Positions 1-9,354 of a stretch of 64,000 nt of DNA are shown piece after piece; the first letter of the stretch is position 1, and every line of letters begins with the position of its first letter. The notes under the pieces were generated by a model. That model saw nothing but the letters and a program-made list of their open reading frames with translations, had not been told where the DNA came from and ran no database searches. Source of the stretch: a virus. The translations under genes and the position numbers were made by a program. The DNA is taken from positions 21,260 to 85,259 of IMG/VR virus record IMGVR_UViG_3300036893_000049. One strand, given 5' to 3'.

Positions 1-267
1 CTTCCGTCCGTTCCACTTGTCATCCAGCGCCGTGTCAGACCAATCGTAAAGTTCGCGCATCACGGCATCGAATTCCTCGGTATTGATAGAAGGGTCGCGA
101 GCCATATCAGCGAATTCCTCGCGGAGTTCGTCGCGCCGCTCGTCAATGTATGCGTCCCCGAGCGGCGGTAGCAGGCCGAGACGATCGGAGATGGTGCGGG
201 CGATCAGCGGGATATCGTGGGTATCCCATACGTCTTTGATGTTGAGGGTGCGTTGCCATTGGGCCAC
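1..267 (-). CDS. hypothetical phage protein, runs off the window edge
   Basis: Read by hand (not in ORF track): AGGAG then GTG at 267, MAQWQRTLNIKDVWD...EEFDAVMRELYDWSD, open to base 1. Confidence 0.7.
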   Translation of the reverse strand, partial: MAQWQRTLNIKDVWDTHDIPLIARTISDRLGLLPPLGDAYIDERRDELREEFADMARDPSINTEEFDAVMRELYDWSDTALDDKWNGRK

Positions 268-304
268 GGGGAGTCTCCTGGGGTTGTACTCGTTTTCGCG
301 AAGG

Positions 305-703
305 TTAATTCACATCCCCCGCCGGGCCATTCTCGATATCGAACTCAACCTCGATATCCAGAGCCTCGGGAGCCTCGATGGCTGGCAGTTCCAGCGATGT
401 CGCGAATTCTTCCCAGGCCGATATCCAGGCCGCGACTTCCTGGCCTTTGTCGCTCTCCTGCCATTTTTCCGACTTCTCCTCGAATTCGGATAGCTGGTCG
501 GCGTGGAACTGCTCGGCGAATTCGCGGAGATCGGCTACGGCATTCTCTGCTGTCCGATACGCGGTTTCCAGGTCTGCGTAGGCGGTTAGCACGGCCTCGT
601 TAAATGTTTCCCGTGCTTCTTCCATTGCCTCGGTCGCATCCCGAACCGCCGATGACAGATCGTCGTATTGCTTGGTCTCGCGTTTGTCCATTTTGAAGGG
701 CAT
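305..703 (-). CDS. acidic helical phage protein
   Basis: GGAG RBS before ATG 703; MPFKMDKRE...SEKWQESDKG. Confidence 0.7.
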   Translation of the reverse strand: MPFKMDKRETKQYDDLSSAVRDATEAMEEARETFNEAVLTAYADLETAYRTAENAVADLREFAEQFHADQLSEFEEKSEKWQESDKGQEVAAWISAWEEFATSLELPAIEAPEALDIEVEFDIENGPAGDVN

Positions 704-1055
704 CTTTGTTCTCCATCGCCGGACCATCCCGGCGGGTTGATGTTAAGTCCGGTCTCGTCTCACGCGGGCGTCTCTCGTGCCCGCGTGCGCAGCGCCACAG
801 GTGCACACCGTAATGCCAGGATCGGCACATGTTGCCGGTGCCAGAGTTTGCGCTGAACCAATACCAGCGCCCGCGCGTGCCGCCGGCCAGGAGTGCCGCT
901 TTCACGGCCTCCGAGGTGTACGGGCGCGCCTCGTAAGCGCCATCACGTCTACGGAACACAAGCCAGTCCCGATGGCCTTTCATGGCTTTGCGGCGCGCTT
1001 CAACAAAGGCGGAAGTGTCGGCGGTGACGATCAACGTCGCGGCTGGCGTCGGCAT
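600..1055 (-). CDS. hypothetical phage protein
   Basis: ORF in the leftward accessory cluster; 3' end overlaps the next gene. Confidence 0.5.
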   Translation of the reverse strand: MPTPAATLIVTADTSAFVEARRKAMKGHRDWLVFRRRDGAYEARPYTSEAVKAALLAGGTRGRWYWFSANSGTGNMCRSWHYGVHLWRCARGHERRPRETRPDLTSTRRDGPAMENKDALQNGQTRDQAIRRSVIGGSGCDRGNGRSTGNI

Positions 1056-1291
1056 CGCTCAGACCCTCCTGAGATATTGAGCCGCCTCAATAATCGCGGC
1101 CTCTTTGTTGTTGGCGCCAAGCAAAACCGGCTCGCCGGGGACCGAAAAAATAATGACATCTTCCGGGCCTATCAGGACCCAATCGCCGTCACTGTCCTGG
1201 CAGACCTTATATCCAATGGGGAGTTTGTTTGGCATTTTGTATCCTCCTGGTGTTCAACCCTGATCCGGTCGGGCCGGATCAAGGCAGAGCG

Positions 1292-1576
1292 TCAGGCGTC
1301 TACGGCGCGGATAAGCGCCAATGCGCCCCGATAGACCGGTTCCATGGTGCCGTTCTGTTCGTGGGAATTGGTGCTTTCCACCCAGGCCCGCAGATACTTC
1401 AACAGGTCAGGCGCGGCGGCTATCAGCCGAACGTTGGCCGCTTGCTCTGGCGTACGTTTACCCAAACCGGAACAATCTGCCACGATCTGGTAATCCTGTT
1501 CTGGGCCGGGCGAATATCTGACCAGACAACCACCATATTCTAAATCGGCCTCCCATGGTCCTGGCGTATGCGACAT
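1292..1576 (-). CDS. phage protein of the HTPGPW...RLIAAAPDLL type
   Basis: MSHTPGPW and ANVRLIAAAPDLL motifs; AGGAGG RBS. Confidence 0.75.
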   Translation of the reverse strand: MSHTPGPWEADLEYGGCLVRYSPGPEQDYQIVADCSGLGKRTPEQAANVRLIAAAPDLLKYLRAWVESTNSHEQNGTMEPVYRGALALIRAVDA

Positions 1577-1579
1577 CGT

Positions 1580-1867
1580 TCAGTCCTCCTGGTTGTCAAG
1601 ACTGCCACCCCTCGCGGGACAGTCAGCCCAGATCATCCGCATGTTATCCCGGCGCCGACTCCGGGCATGGAACCCAGTGGGCAGTTCCGCACCCGCGAGT
1701 AATGCTGACACGACGCCTTCAAGGCCGGGGAGATGCCAGACGTGCGTCACGTCGATCTGTTCGCCCGTGCTGTCCACCGTCAGTTCGCGTGGGCTGGTGC
1801 CATTGATCCGAGACGAAAGGCGCGTCGTCCCGCAAGAGATTGAGCCGTCAGCGTATATTTTAAGCAT
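1580..1867 (-). CDS. hypothetical phage protein
   Basis: AGGAGG RBS; bracketed by the 27-bp direct repeat. Confidence 0.6.
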   Translation of the reverse strand: MLKIYADGSISCGTTRLSSRINGTSPRELTVDSTGEQIDVTHVWHLPGLEGVVSALLAGAELPTGFHARSRRRDNMRMIWADCPARGGSLDNQED

Positions 1868-1900
1868 TGTGTATCCTCCTGGTTGTCAAGACTGCCACCC
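1584..1900. repeat. 27-bp exact direct repeat TCCTCCTGGTTGTCAAGACTGCCACCC (1584-1610, 1874-1900)
   Basis: Seen directly; on the - strand it contains TTGACA and the AGGAGG RBS. Confidence 0.9.
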
Positions 1901-1938
1901 TCGGGGGTGACAATCCAAACGATCAGGCTGCGAGCAGA

Positions 1939-2607
1939 TCACCATCCGAATTTGTCGCGACATATCGGCCCGATACCGAGGTCGATACTTTCTTTGTTCG
2001 TCAACTCACGCCCGCAGCATCCGCACGATCCGGTTTTCTGCCCATAGGCAACCGCCGCTTTGTGTGGGTCAGACGCCACCTTAATCACACTGGCCGTGGT
2101 CGCGCTGTCGCAGGCGAACGATGGCCGGAACCGCCCCTCGGATACCTTGCCGAGGTACTCGCCGGACTGTTTAACGTAGATCGCCCCCGCGTTGTTGCCG
2201 TGGTCAGGCGCGCGGGAGAAAACAAAAGTGGCCAGTCTGAGTTTCGGCCGCTTGATTCCATTCGCACGCGCCGCCTCGAACGCGGTTACGATGGCATCTA
2301 CCGTAATTTCAGCAGTTTCAACCTCGCGGCCAGTGCCATTGCAGGCGAAACATGCGCGGCCACGACGCCACTCGCCAGACCCGAGGCACTTCACACAATC
2401 GCCGGGTTGCAATTCAACCGCGATGTGCCGCTGTAGTCCGGAGCCGTCGCAAGCGAAGCATGGTCCGAAGGGTTTGCCGTTGCGGCCGAGGAACTTACCG
2501 CCTCCGCCGCACTTCGCACAGAGAATGTCAGGCACAGGAGCGTCGTCGCCGATGTCCATTTCGATGCCGAATAGCGCGGACAGATTGGTGTCTGTCAAAC
2601 GATCCAT
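1939..2607 (-). CDS. zinc-finger protein: DnaJ-like CxxCxGxG repeats plus C-terminal DUF6011-like domain
   Basis: CAKCGGGG, CFACDGSG, CVKCLGSG, CFACNGTG; C-terminal CGCCGRELT...SIDLGIGPIC. Confidence 0.8.
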   Translation of the reverse strand: MDRLTDTNLSALFGIEMDIGDDAPVPDILCAKCGGGGKFLGRNGKPFGPCFACDGSGLQRHIAVELQPGDCVKCLGSGEWRRGRACFACNGTGREVETAEITVDAIVTAFEAARANGIKRPKLRLATFVFSRAPDHGNNAGAIYVKQSGEYLGKVSEGRFRPSFACDSATTASVIKVASDPHKAAVAYGQKTGSCGCCGRELTNKESIDLGIGPICRDKFGW

Positions 2608-3066
2608 TTTTGTGTCCTCCTATGGAAAGGCCACCCGTCGCCGGGGATGGCGGGTCAGGCCGCCGCTTTCTGATAAACCCGGTCCCATCCATTGGTCTGG
2701 GTTGGCGTCTCTACGCCAACGCACCGCGTGGCGAAGGACCACACCATATCCATCAGCGCCGCCTTGCTCATGCTTTCGATTTCCGGCTGGCAGGTAGTCG
2801 GGATCAAAACGGGTCTTTGATTTTTCAGGTTCATCGTAAGGGCCTCCTGTAGTGGATTGCCTCATGCTCATCAGGAAGATCATCACCGGGTCTCTGGCAG
2901 CCCCAATATCCGTCGAGAAGCTGCACCCACTCGATAGGGCCATCCTTGGCCATCGCGTCCCAGAATGACCGTGCTGCTTCACAGTTCGCGGGAGGACGGG
3001 AATGATATCGTTTTCCAGTCCCCATGCGGAACACTGCTGAAAGGTTCCAACCGGCTGGCAGCCCGC

Positions 3067-3264
3067 TCACGCTGGTTGCCAAACTCTCGGCCCCTTGGAA
3101 TGGCCCAGATGCACGGTCATGGCTCGCACGCACCCGCCTCTCTTGTTCAGTATCCGCCGCGCGCCAAGTTCAGTCTTCGCGTATCCGAGCACGTAGCGGT
3201 CACCTTCCCCCTTGCTGTATGCGGGGTGCGTGACGGGCAATGCGGTTGTTTCGACCTGTTTCAT
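3067..3264 (-). CDS. small hypothetical phage protein
   Basis: GGAGG RBS; packed between neighbours. Confidence 0.55.
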   Translation of the reverse strand: MKQVETTALPVTHPAYSKGEGDRYVLGYAKTELGARRILNKRGGCVRAMTVHLGHSKGPRVWQPA

Positions 3265-3267
3265 GGC

Positions 3268-3588
3268 TCAGCCCTCCACTTTGGCAATGATGCGGTCGGC
3301 ATCGACCAGACACAGATCAGCCCGGCTTTCCGACCATCCGAGGTCAATGAGCGCCTTCCGGTAGCGGGTGCGCATCTTACGCAGTTCCATCAGCATGTCG
3401 GGAGCCGCTGCAATCAGCCGCCCGTCCGCGTCCGCTTTCGGCTGGTCTGTGTTCTCGAAATTGACGGTGGCCACCAGGGCTTGGATGTCCTCCCCGCTGC
3501 GGTCGTCCATCTGAACGGCACCGCTTTCACGGTCATAGAACCAGGGGCCTGTGGTGTGGGTCATGCTGTTGTGGTAGAACGGGTCCAT
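3268..3588 (-). CDS. second HTPGPW-type phage protein
   Basis: MTHTTGPW...ADGRLIAAAPDML. Confidence 0.7.
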   Translation of the reverse strand: MDPFYHNSMTHTTGPWFYDRESGAVQMDDRSGEDIQALVATVNFENTDQPKADADGRLIAAAPDMLMELRKMRTRYRKALIDLGWSESRADLCLVDADRIIAKVEG

Positions 3589-3645
3589 CTTCGTCTCTCC
3601 TGTTTGGGATGGCGGGGAAGCCGGACGGGGCCGGAGCCCCGTTGT

Positions 3646-3852
3646 CTATGCTGACGCGAAGCCGACCATTTCGCCGCGCCAGTAGTTGGCTGTCGCCGCG
3701 AAAAATGCCGCGTTATCCCGCGCCTGTTTCGCGTGTCCGGGTTGTCCTTCTTCGATTGCCAGGACGGCGCGGCCCTCGGCATGGGCTGCCCAGAGATCGT
3801 ATTGAGCGATCCATGCCGGGACGCGATCAAGGTTGATTTCGTTGAGTGTCAT
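3646..3852 (-). CDS. first gene of the leftward accessory operon
   Basis: AGGAGG RBS, ATG 3852. Confidence 0.65.
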   Translation of the reverse strand: MTLNEINLDRVPAWIAQYDLWAAHAEGRAVLAIEEGQPGHAKQARDNAAFFAATANYWRGEMVGFASA

Positions 3853-4003
3853 CTCATCCTCCTATCCAAAACCCCAGGACGATCCGGGGGCTTGAGAGAG
3901 TAGGCTGTCCGGGAGGTCCCGATCTTGAAGCAGGCGTTAATCCTGCGAACGATCCGGGAGGCCCGATCGCCTGTCGTCCGGCGATAGGGGGAATGTAGCG
4001 AAA

Positions 4004-4064
4004 GCGTATTGCGCCGTCAATTGCGCTTTTCGCATACCTGTATTGCGCTAGGCGTATTGCGCTA
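4004..4064. promoter_or_regulatory. four ATTGCGC direct repeats, probable RHH operator in a divergent intergenic region
   Basis: ATTGCGC at 4008, 4020, 4042 and 4056, directly upstream of an RHH gene. Confidence 0.55.
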
Positions 4065-4091
4065 CCGCGTCCGAATCGGTATGGTCCGCCC

Positions 4092-4337
4092 ATGAGCAAC
4101 GCCCAGATCACCCGAAACACACGCAACCTCACGATGCGCCTCCCGCTCGACCTCTATAATAAGGCGCGGGAGAAGGCGTCTGGGGGTAGCCTGAAGCCGG
4201 TCATCGAGGCTGGACTCCGTGAGGCGTGGGATATGCCGGTGGTAATATCTGGTGAGGGGGCTGACACGTCGGTGAGCGAACCTACTGAGGAAATCGAGGT
4301 CACGTCCGAGATGATCGAGGCGCGGAAGGTGGGATGA
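4092..4337 (+). CDS. Arc/CopG-like ribbon-helix-helix regulator
   Basis: RNLTMRLPLDLYNKAREKA...LKPVIEAGLRE pattern. Confidence 0.7.
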   Translation: MSNAQITRNTRNLTMRLPLDLYNKAREKASGGSLKPVIEAGLREAWDMPVVISGEGADTSVSEPTEEIEVTSEMIEARKVG

Positions 4338-5560
4338 GGGTGGTCATGCAGGCCACGAAAGGACGGCTCTACGGCGGCGGACTCGGAACCGTCGCGCGGA
4401 TCGGCGGCCAGTGCCGGGCCGTGTGGAACCTGTTCGTTGCGGAGAGCGCCGAACGCTATAAGGCCGAGGGCAAGTTCGTTTTCTATGCTGAAATGTCGGC
4501 TCGGCTGCCGAAGTTGTTGAAGGAAGACGCGCGCCTTGCCGGGTTGCCGCACCGCGCGGCACAGATGACCGTGCAGAAGCTGGATCGGGCGTTGCGCGAC
4601 TGCGCCAAGAGCAAGGGGAAGGCGCGACGCGGCTTTCCGCGCTTCAAGAAATACGCTGACAGGTCCGACGCTTTTTCGTTCGTTGGCCGCGAGGTCCGCG
4701 TTGAACCGGGTCGCATCCGACTGCCGAAGGTCGGCTGGCTTCGCGTGCGCGGCATGACCTTGCCCGATGGCGCTGACATGAAGCAGGTCGCCGTGACGCA
4801 AGAGCCGAATGGCTGGCACGTCTCCATCCAGTTCGAAGCCGCGCCGAAGCTCTACGCCGTGCCGACGCTTCCTGCGGTCGGTATCGACGGCGGCTTGATC
4901 CATCTGGCGACACTGAGCGACGGCACCCTCATTCCGCATCCACGGCTTGCCAGGAAGGCCGCGAAGCGGCTGCGCCGGTTGAACCGGGAACGCGATCGGC
5001 GGCGCAAGGGCAGCGTGAACCGCCGACGCACCGTGGCCAAACTCGGGCGCGCACATCGCGCGCTGGGCAACGCCCGCAAGGATGCGATGCACAAGGCCAC
5101 CCGGAAACTGGTGGACACATACGGCGGCTTCGCCGTCGAGGATTTGAGCCTGCGAGGCATGATGCGGACCCGGATGGCGGGTTCGCTGGCCGATGCTGGG
5201 CTGGGAGAGTTCGTCAGGACGCTCCACTACAAGGCCGATTGGGCGGGGCGAACGTGGCACGTTCACGGGCGCTTCGAACGCAGCACGGGCGTCTGTCCGG
5301 ACTGCGGCCAAGTCGGCGGCAAGCTTGCCCTGTCCGTCAGGAGTTGGGTTTGCGATAGCTGCGGCGCGGTTCACGATCGCGACGTTGCCGCCGCCAGGGT
5401 GATCCTGGCTGGCGCGGTACTGCCAGTGGGGCAGGAACCGTCGGCTGCGATGCCGAGAAAGCGAGGCGCTGCCGCTCGTGGCGGGGATCGGGCATCCGCT
5501 CGGTCTAGTCACGGCGGGCCACCTCCGAATGTTGCCGATGCTCTGCCGGAGGCTGCATGA
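4334..5560 (+). CDS. tnpB: IS200/IS605-family RNA-guided endonuclease TnpB (copy 1)
   Basis: GFPRFK; RuvC motifs GIDGG, AVEDL, HDRDVAAA; zinc finger CPDCG/CDSCG; no tnpA adjacent. Confidence 0.95.
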   Translation: MRVVMQATKGRLYGGGLGTVARIGGQCRAVWNLFVAESAERYKAEGKFVFYAEMSARLPKLLKEDARLAGLPHRAAQMTVQKLDRALRDCAKSKGKARRGFPRFKKYADRSDAFSFVGREVRVEPGRIRLPKVGWLRVRGMTLPDGADMKQVAVTQEPNGWHVSIQFEAAPKLYAVPTLPAVGIDGGLIHLATLSDGTLIPHPRLARKAAKRLRRLNRERDRRRKGSVNRRRTVAKLGRAHRALGNARKDAMHKATRKLVDTYGGFAVEDLSLRGMMRTRMAGSLADAGLGEFVRTLHYKADWAGRTWHVHGRFERSTGVCPDCGQVGGKLALSVRSWVCDSCGAVHDRDVAAARVILAGAVLPVGQEPSAAMPRKRGAAARGGDRASARSSHGGPPPNVADALPEAA

Positions 5561-5642
5561 GCAAAAGCAATAACCCCGATCCCGATCTTGACAAAATCAC
5601 GGAATCGCCCCGATTGTCCGTCCCGCGCAATGTGGAGCCGAC

Positions 5643-5819
5643 ATGCCGGACACCATTCCAATCGCCGCTGCGGACATCCCGCCGGATGATAAATACGATG
5701 CTATCCTGGCAATGCTGCACCGGATCGATGCCCGGGTTGAGGCGCAGGGACGGGAGATACGGACGCTGGTCGAGATGCTGCGGTCGCGGGCTACCCTTCC
5801 GCCGGTCGGGTATCGTTGA
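5643..5819 (+). CDS. small hypothetical protein (58 aa)
   Basis: Read by hand: GGAG RBS, MPDTIPIAAAD...PVGYR; stop overlaps the next ATG. Confidence 0.55.
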   Translation: MPDTIPIAAADIPPDDKYDAILAMLHRIDARVEAQGREIRTLVEMLRSRATLPPVGYR

Positions 5820-6628
5820 TGGCCACAATCGCCGAAAGCGCCGTTACCAAACCCGCCCGAATCGCCGAAAGCGCCGCCACCAAACCCGCCCGTAAACGAC
5901 AGCGCCGCTCAGCCGAGTGCCAGCGGGAGCAGGTTCGCCGAAACCGCGAACGCCGGGCCGCCCGTGCGGAGGCGGATCGAATCGCCGCGGCGGAGGCGGA
6001 GCAGCGCCGGGCCGATGACAGGGAACGCCGGGCCGAGGCCATCGCTCCGGCATTTCTTCGCAACCCGGTGGTCGTCCCCAAGGGTCGCATGATTGTTGGC
6101 CCGCGAATCCAGATCAATGGCAACCATGCTGTTCGAGGTGTCGAATTTCCATTCGCCTCCCGCCGCGCGCGCCGGGCTATTTCCATGCTCCGGCAGGACT
6201 GGGCCGATGTGGGCGCCGGTCTCACCGCGGGCACGGCAAACTATGTGGGAATCACCGGGGGCGGATCGGATGCGCCGATCTCAGGCAAGGACTCCGCCAT
6301 GCTGGCCCAGATCGAAATGCGAGCCCGGCTTGACGGTGCGATGACATACGTCGGGGCATTCGCCCCGTGTCTCGCCAGGATCGTGCTGGATTGCATCCCC
6401 GTCGCGACATGGGCGATAGAACAGGCCATCCCAATTACGCCCGACGCCGCCATGAAGCACGTCCTCGCGGCGTTCAACCGGCTCGCGGATTGGTATTGTC
6501 CCACGAAACTCGTCGAAATCGGAACCCGCACGTTCGTCATCGCGCCGCCGCGCGAAGCCTATGCGGTGCCAGGCCAGGACTATGCCGGTCCCGAATATGA
6601 TGAGCGGGGACGGCAGATTGGGGCTTGA
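5819..6628 (+). CDS. DUF6456-like protein, putative late-transcription regulator
   Basis: C-terminal ARLDGAMTYVG...LARIVLD...FNRLADWY; lies just upstream of the terminase; 33-bp in-frame duplication near the N-terminus. Confidence 0.6.
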   Translation: MATIAESAVTKPARIAESAATKPARKRQRRSAECQREQVRRNRERRAARAEADRIAAAEAEQRRADDRERRAEAIAPAFLRNPVVVPKGRMIVGPRIQINGNHAVRGVEFPFASRRARRAISMLRQDWADVGAGLTAGTANYVGITGGGSDAPISGKDSAMLAQIEMRARLDGAMTYVGAFAPCLARIVLDCIPVATWAIEQAIPITPDAAMKHVLAAFNRLADWYCPTKLVEIGTRTFVIAPPREAYAVPGQDYAGPEYDERGRQIGA

Positions 6629-6714
6629 CACGATACCCCACAATGCAATAGAGAATCGGACAGGGTCGTATTTTGCGGCCTGTCTCAAATAGTAAACAGA
6701 TAGTGAGATAGTGA

Positions 6715-7101
6715 ATGCCTGCTGGTGCCGCCCCCGGTGAGCGGCGGGGTGGTCGGCAAAAAGGTACAACCAACAAACTGACCAAGGCCCGCGATGAATC
6801 TGAGAAGGCCGCTCGCGCCGTTGCCTTTGGAAGTTTGACCGAAGATCAGATTCAAGCCCTGACGCCGAAGGATATCTTTCGTCTTGTGGCACACCATGCG
6901 GTGCGGACGATGGATATCCCTCTGATGCTCAAGGCCGCGTCTGAACTGGCCCCATACGTACATCCGCGCCTGACCGCGACCACGTTGGAAGCTAATGTCC
7001 GTAGCAGCCCGAGCGATTACACGGATGCCGAACTCCTGGCGCTCGCAAGTGCCGGAATGGGCGAAGAAGGAGATGGCGAGGCGATCAGCGGCCCGCACTA
7101 A
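6715..7101 (+). CDS. terS: terminase small subunit
   Basis: GGRQKGTTNK motif, AASELAPYVHPRL; precedes TerL. Confidence 0.8.
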   Translation: MPAGAAPGERRGGRQKGTTNKLTKARDESEKAARAVAFGSLTEDQIQALTPKDIFRLVAHHAVRTMDIPLMLKAASELAPYVHPRLTATTLEANVRSSPSDYTDAELLALASAGMGEEGDGEAISGPH

Positions 7102-8500
7102 GCTGCTCGGATTTGTCCAGTATACGTATCCCACTTATATCCCAGCCGGACACCACGGACTGATCTGTGAAAAACTGGAGGCGGTCGAACGCGGTGAATG
7201 TAAGCGGCTTATGATTCTAATGCCGCCGCGCCATGGGAAAAGCCAGCTTGTCTCTCGACATTTCCCGGCATGGTATATCGGCCGGAATCCAACAAAGCAG
7301 ATTATTAGTGCCTCCTACGCCTCGGACCTTGCATCTGGCTTTGGCCGCGATGTCCGCAATCTGGTTGCCAGCCAAGAGTTCGCCGCGATCTTTCCCGGCG
7401 TTCGTTTGGCTGATGACAGTGCGGCGAAAAATCTCTGGCACACCACACAGGGCGGTATCTATGTCGCGGCGGGGGTGGGCACGGGCATCACCGGCAAGGG
7501 AGCCGACATTTTGAACATTGACGATCCGGTAAAGGACCGGGCGGAGGCGGAAAGTCAGACTATCCGGGATGGTATCCTCGCGTGGTACACGTCAACTTCA
7601 TACACGCGATTGATGCCCGGTGCCGCGGTAATCCTGACCATGACTCGCTGGCATGAAGACGATCTCGGCGGCACGTTGTTGCAGATGGCCGGGGGTGACA
7701 AGTGGGACGTGCTGTCACTCCCCGCACTGGCATCAGCCAACGACGACCCGCTTGGCCGAGCCGCGAATGAAGCTCTCTGGCCAGCGTGGTACGATGAGAC
7801 CGCGCTTGCGAAGATCCGGGCGAACATAGGCGAGCGGGATTTCGGTGCGCTTTATCAACAAGACCCTCGACCGGCCGGGACATCCTTTTTCGATGTTCAA
7901 TGTTGCCTCGTCGATGGCCAGCCGGTTGATGCGCCAAAAAACTGCGAAAGTGTATTCGCTGTCATGGACACGGCGATTAAGACCGGCACGAAAAACGATG
8001 GGACCGGCATTCTGTATTGTGCTTTTTCTCCACATTTCGGCTACCAACTAACGATTCTGGATTGGGAAATTCAGCAGATCGAAGGTGCGATGTTGGAGAC
8101 GTGGTTTCCTGTCATTTACGAAACCCTGGAAGGCTACGCCAAGGCTCAGCGGGCGCGAATGGGCGCGCTGGGAGTCTATATCGAGGACAAGGCGAGCGGA
8201 AGCATTCTTCTTCAGCAAGCCGCTCGGCGGGGTTGGCCAGCGAAAGCGATCGAAAGCGGGTTGACCGCGGTCGGTAAGGACGAACGAGCGATATCCGTCT
8301 CGGGATACGTTACCAGGGGCGATGTTAAAATATCACGTCACGCCTATGAGAAGATCACGAATTACAAAGGCCGGAACGGCAACCATTTCCTGATGCAGGT
8401 GTTTCGATTCCAGGTCGGTGTGAAGGATCAGGCGGACGACCTGCTAGACTGCTTTACATATTCCGCGGCGCTGGCTTTGGGTAACTCAGACGGGTATTGA
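6995..8500 (+). CDS. terL: terminase large subunit (start uncertain)
   Basis: Walker A MPPRHGKS, IDDPVK, MTRWHEDDL, ALYQQDP; nuclease motifs MDTA and DDLLD. Confidence 0.95.
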   Translation: MSVAARAITRMPNSWRSQVPEWAKKEMARRSAARTKLLGFVQYTYPTYIPAGHHGLICEKLEAVERGECKRLMILMPPRHGKSQLVSRHFPAWYIGRNPTKQIISASYASDLASGFGRDVRNLVASQEFAAIFPGVRLADDSAAKNLWHTTQGGIYVAAGVGTGITGKGADILNIDDPVKDRAEAESQTIRDGILAWYTSTSYTRLMPGAAVILTMTRWHEDDLGGTLLQMAGGDKWDVLSLPALASANDDPLGRAANEALWPAWYDETALAKIRANIGERDFGALYQQDPRPAGTSFFDVQCCLVDGQPVDAPKNCESVFAVMDTAIKTGTKNDGTGILYCAFSPHFGYQLTILDWEIQQIEGAMLETWFPVIYETLEGYAKAQRARMGALGVYIEDKASGSILLQQAARRGWPAKAIESGLTAVGKDERAISVSGYVTRGDVKISRHAYEKITNYKGRNGNHFLMQVFRFQVGVKDQADDLLDCFTYSAALALGNSDGY

Positions 8501-8528
8501 TAACTCTTGGGGACTCAGACGGGATTGC

Positions 8529-8651
8529 TTAGCTGGTCACCGCAAAAATCCACCAGATTATCGCTCCCGCGATCAACAGGGATGCCAGCGACCGCGCCCA
8601 TCGGAAGAGGACCAGGGCCGCGAAGATGACGGGGAACCAGAGCAGGGTCAC
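8529..8651 (-). CDS. small membrane protein (moron)
   Basis: Two hydrophobic segments, MTLLWFPVIFAALVLF...IIWWIFAVTS; GTGA-coupled to upstream gene. Confidence 0.5.
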   Translation of the reverse strand: MTLLWFPVIFAALVLFRWARSLASLLIAGAIIWWIFAVTS

Positions 8652-8821
8652 GACGCCAACGACTCTAATTGACTCGCCACGAACAGTTCCACGCGCTCGG
8701 GTAATCGCACCGCACATAGGGTGCCATCTCGATCCGCGATCTTCCCGATGCGTCCGACGTATGCGGAATTCACATCGCGCACCACTCTGACGAGTTCGCC
8801 GGATTCGACGGTTTGGGTCAC
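8648..8821 (-). CDS. small KOW/SH3-like protein (moron)
   Basis: Read by hand: MTQTVESGELVRVVRD...YVGRIGKI; GTGA overlaps at both ends. Confidence 0.45.
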   Translation of the reverse strand: MTQTVESGELVRVVRDVNSAYVGRIGKIADRDGTLCAVRLPERVELFVASQLESLAS

Positions 8822-8970
8822 TTCGCTTTCCTTTCCTTATCCTCAACCCGAGCCGCCTCGACCAATCGCCTGACGATTTCAGCGACCGGCACTTCGGCTT
8901 CGCGGGCGACATGTGCCAGCCAGGTATCCTGTGGCGCGGTGAATGTGATTGTGGTTCTCGGGTTGCTCAT
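8818..8970 (-). CDS. CopG-like ribbon-helix-helix protein (50 aa)
   Basis: Read by hand: MSNPRTTITFTAPQDTWLAHVAREAEVPVAEIVRRLVE. Confidence 0.65.
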   Translation of the reverse strand: MSNPRTTITFTAPQDTWLAHVAREAEVPVAEIVRRLVEAARVEDKERKAK

Positions 8971-9354
8971 ACGCATCACATTAGCATCGCCTGAGCGAGG
9001 TTGTCAATGTCCCTATCCGCCGCCCTCTGTGAAGAACTGGCCCGGCGCGGGCTGGCGAGGTTGTCTGCCGCCGAACTGGAGGCCGCTCTGAGGGCCCGTG
9101 GACTCTCCCTCACCGGGGGTGCCAGGGATGCGGTGAACGCTCATTTGGCTGCGGTGCGAGGGCTCAGTGCGGATGGTCTGGCGGAACGCGGCGCATGATC
9201 GATCCTGTTGCCGCGGTCGTGACTGCCTTGGCGGAACGTGGCATCGCAATCGATCCGGCCATACTCGCGGACGCGATTCATGCCGCTGGGGCTCAATTCA
9301 TCCCGCAGGCCGAAGCGCATGACACCGCGAAAGCATGGGAACGCGGCATAAAAA

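Noticed and set aside
2310-2340. Partial gapped match of array B to the TGREV codons of the zinc-finger gene
   Set aside because: Only about 6 of 15 dinucleotides match, which is compatible with chance.
4154-5512. Long antisense ORFs opposite tnpB (also 43845-44777 and 12665-13549)
   Set aside because: Shadow ORFs of GC-rich genes with clear motifs on the other strand.
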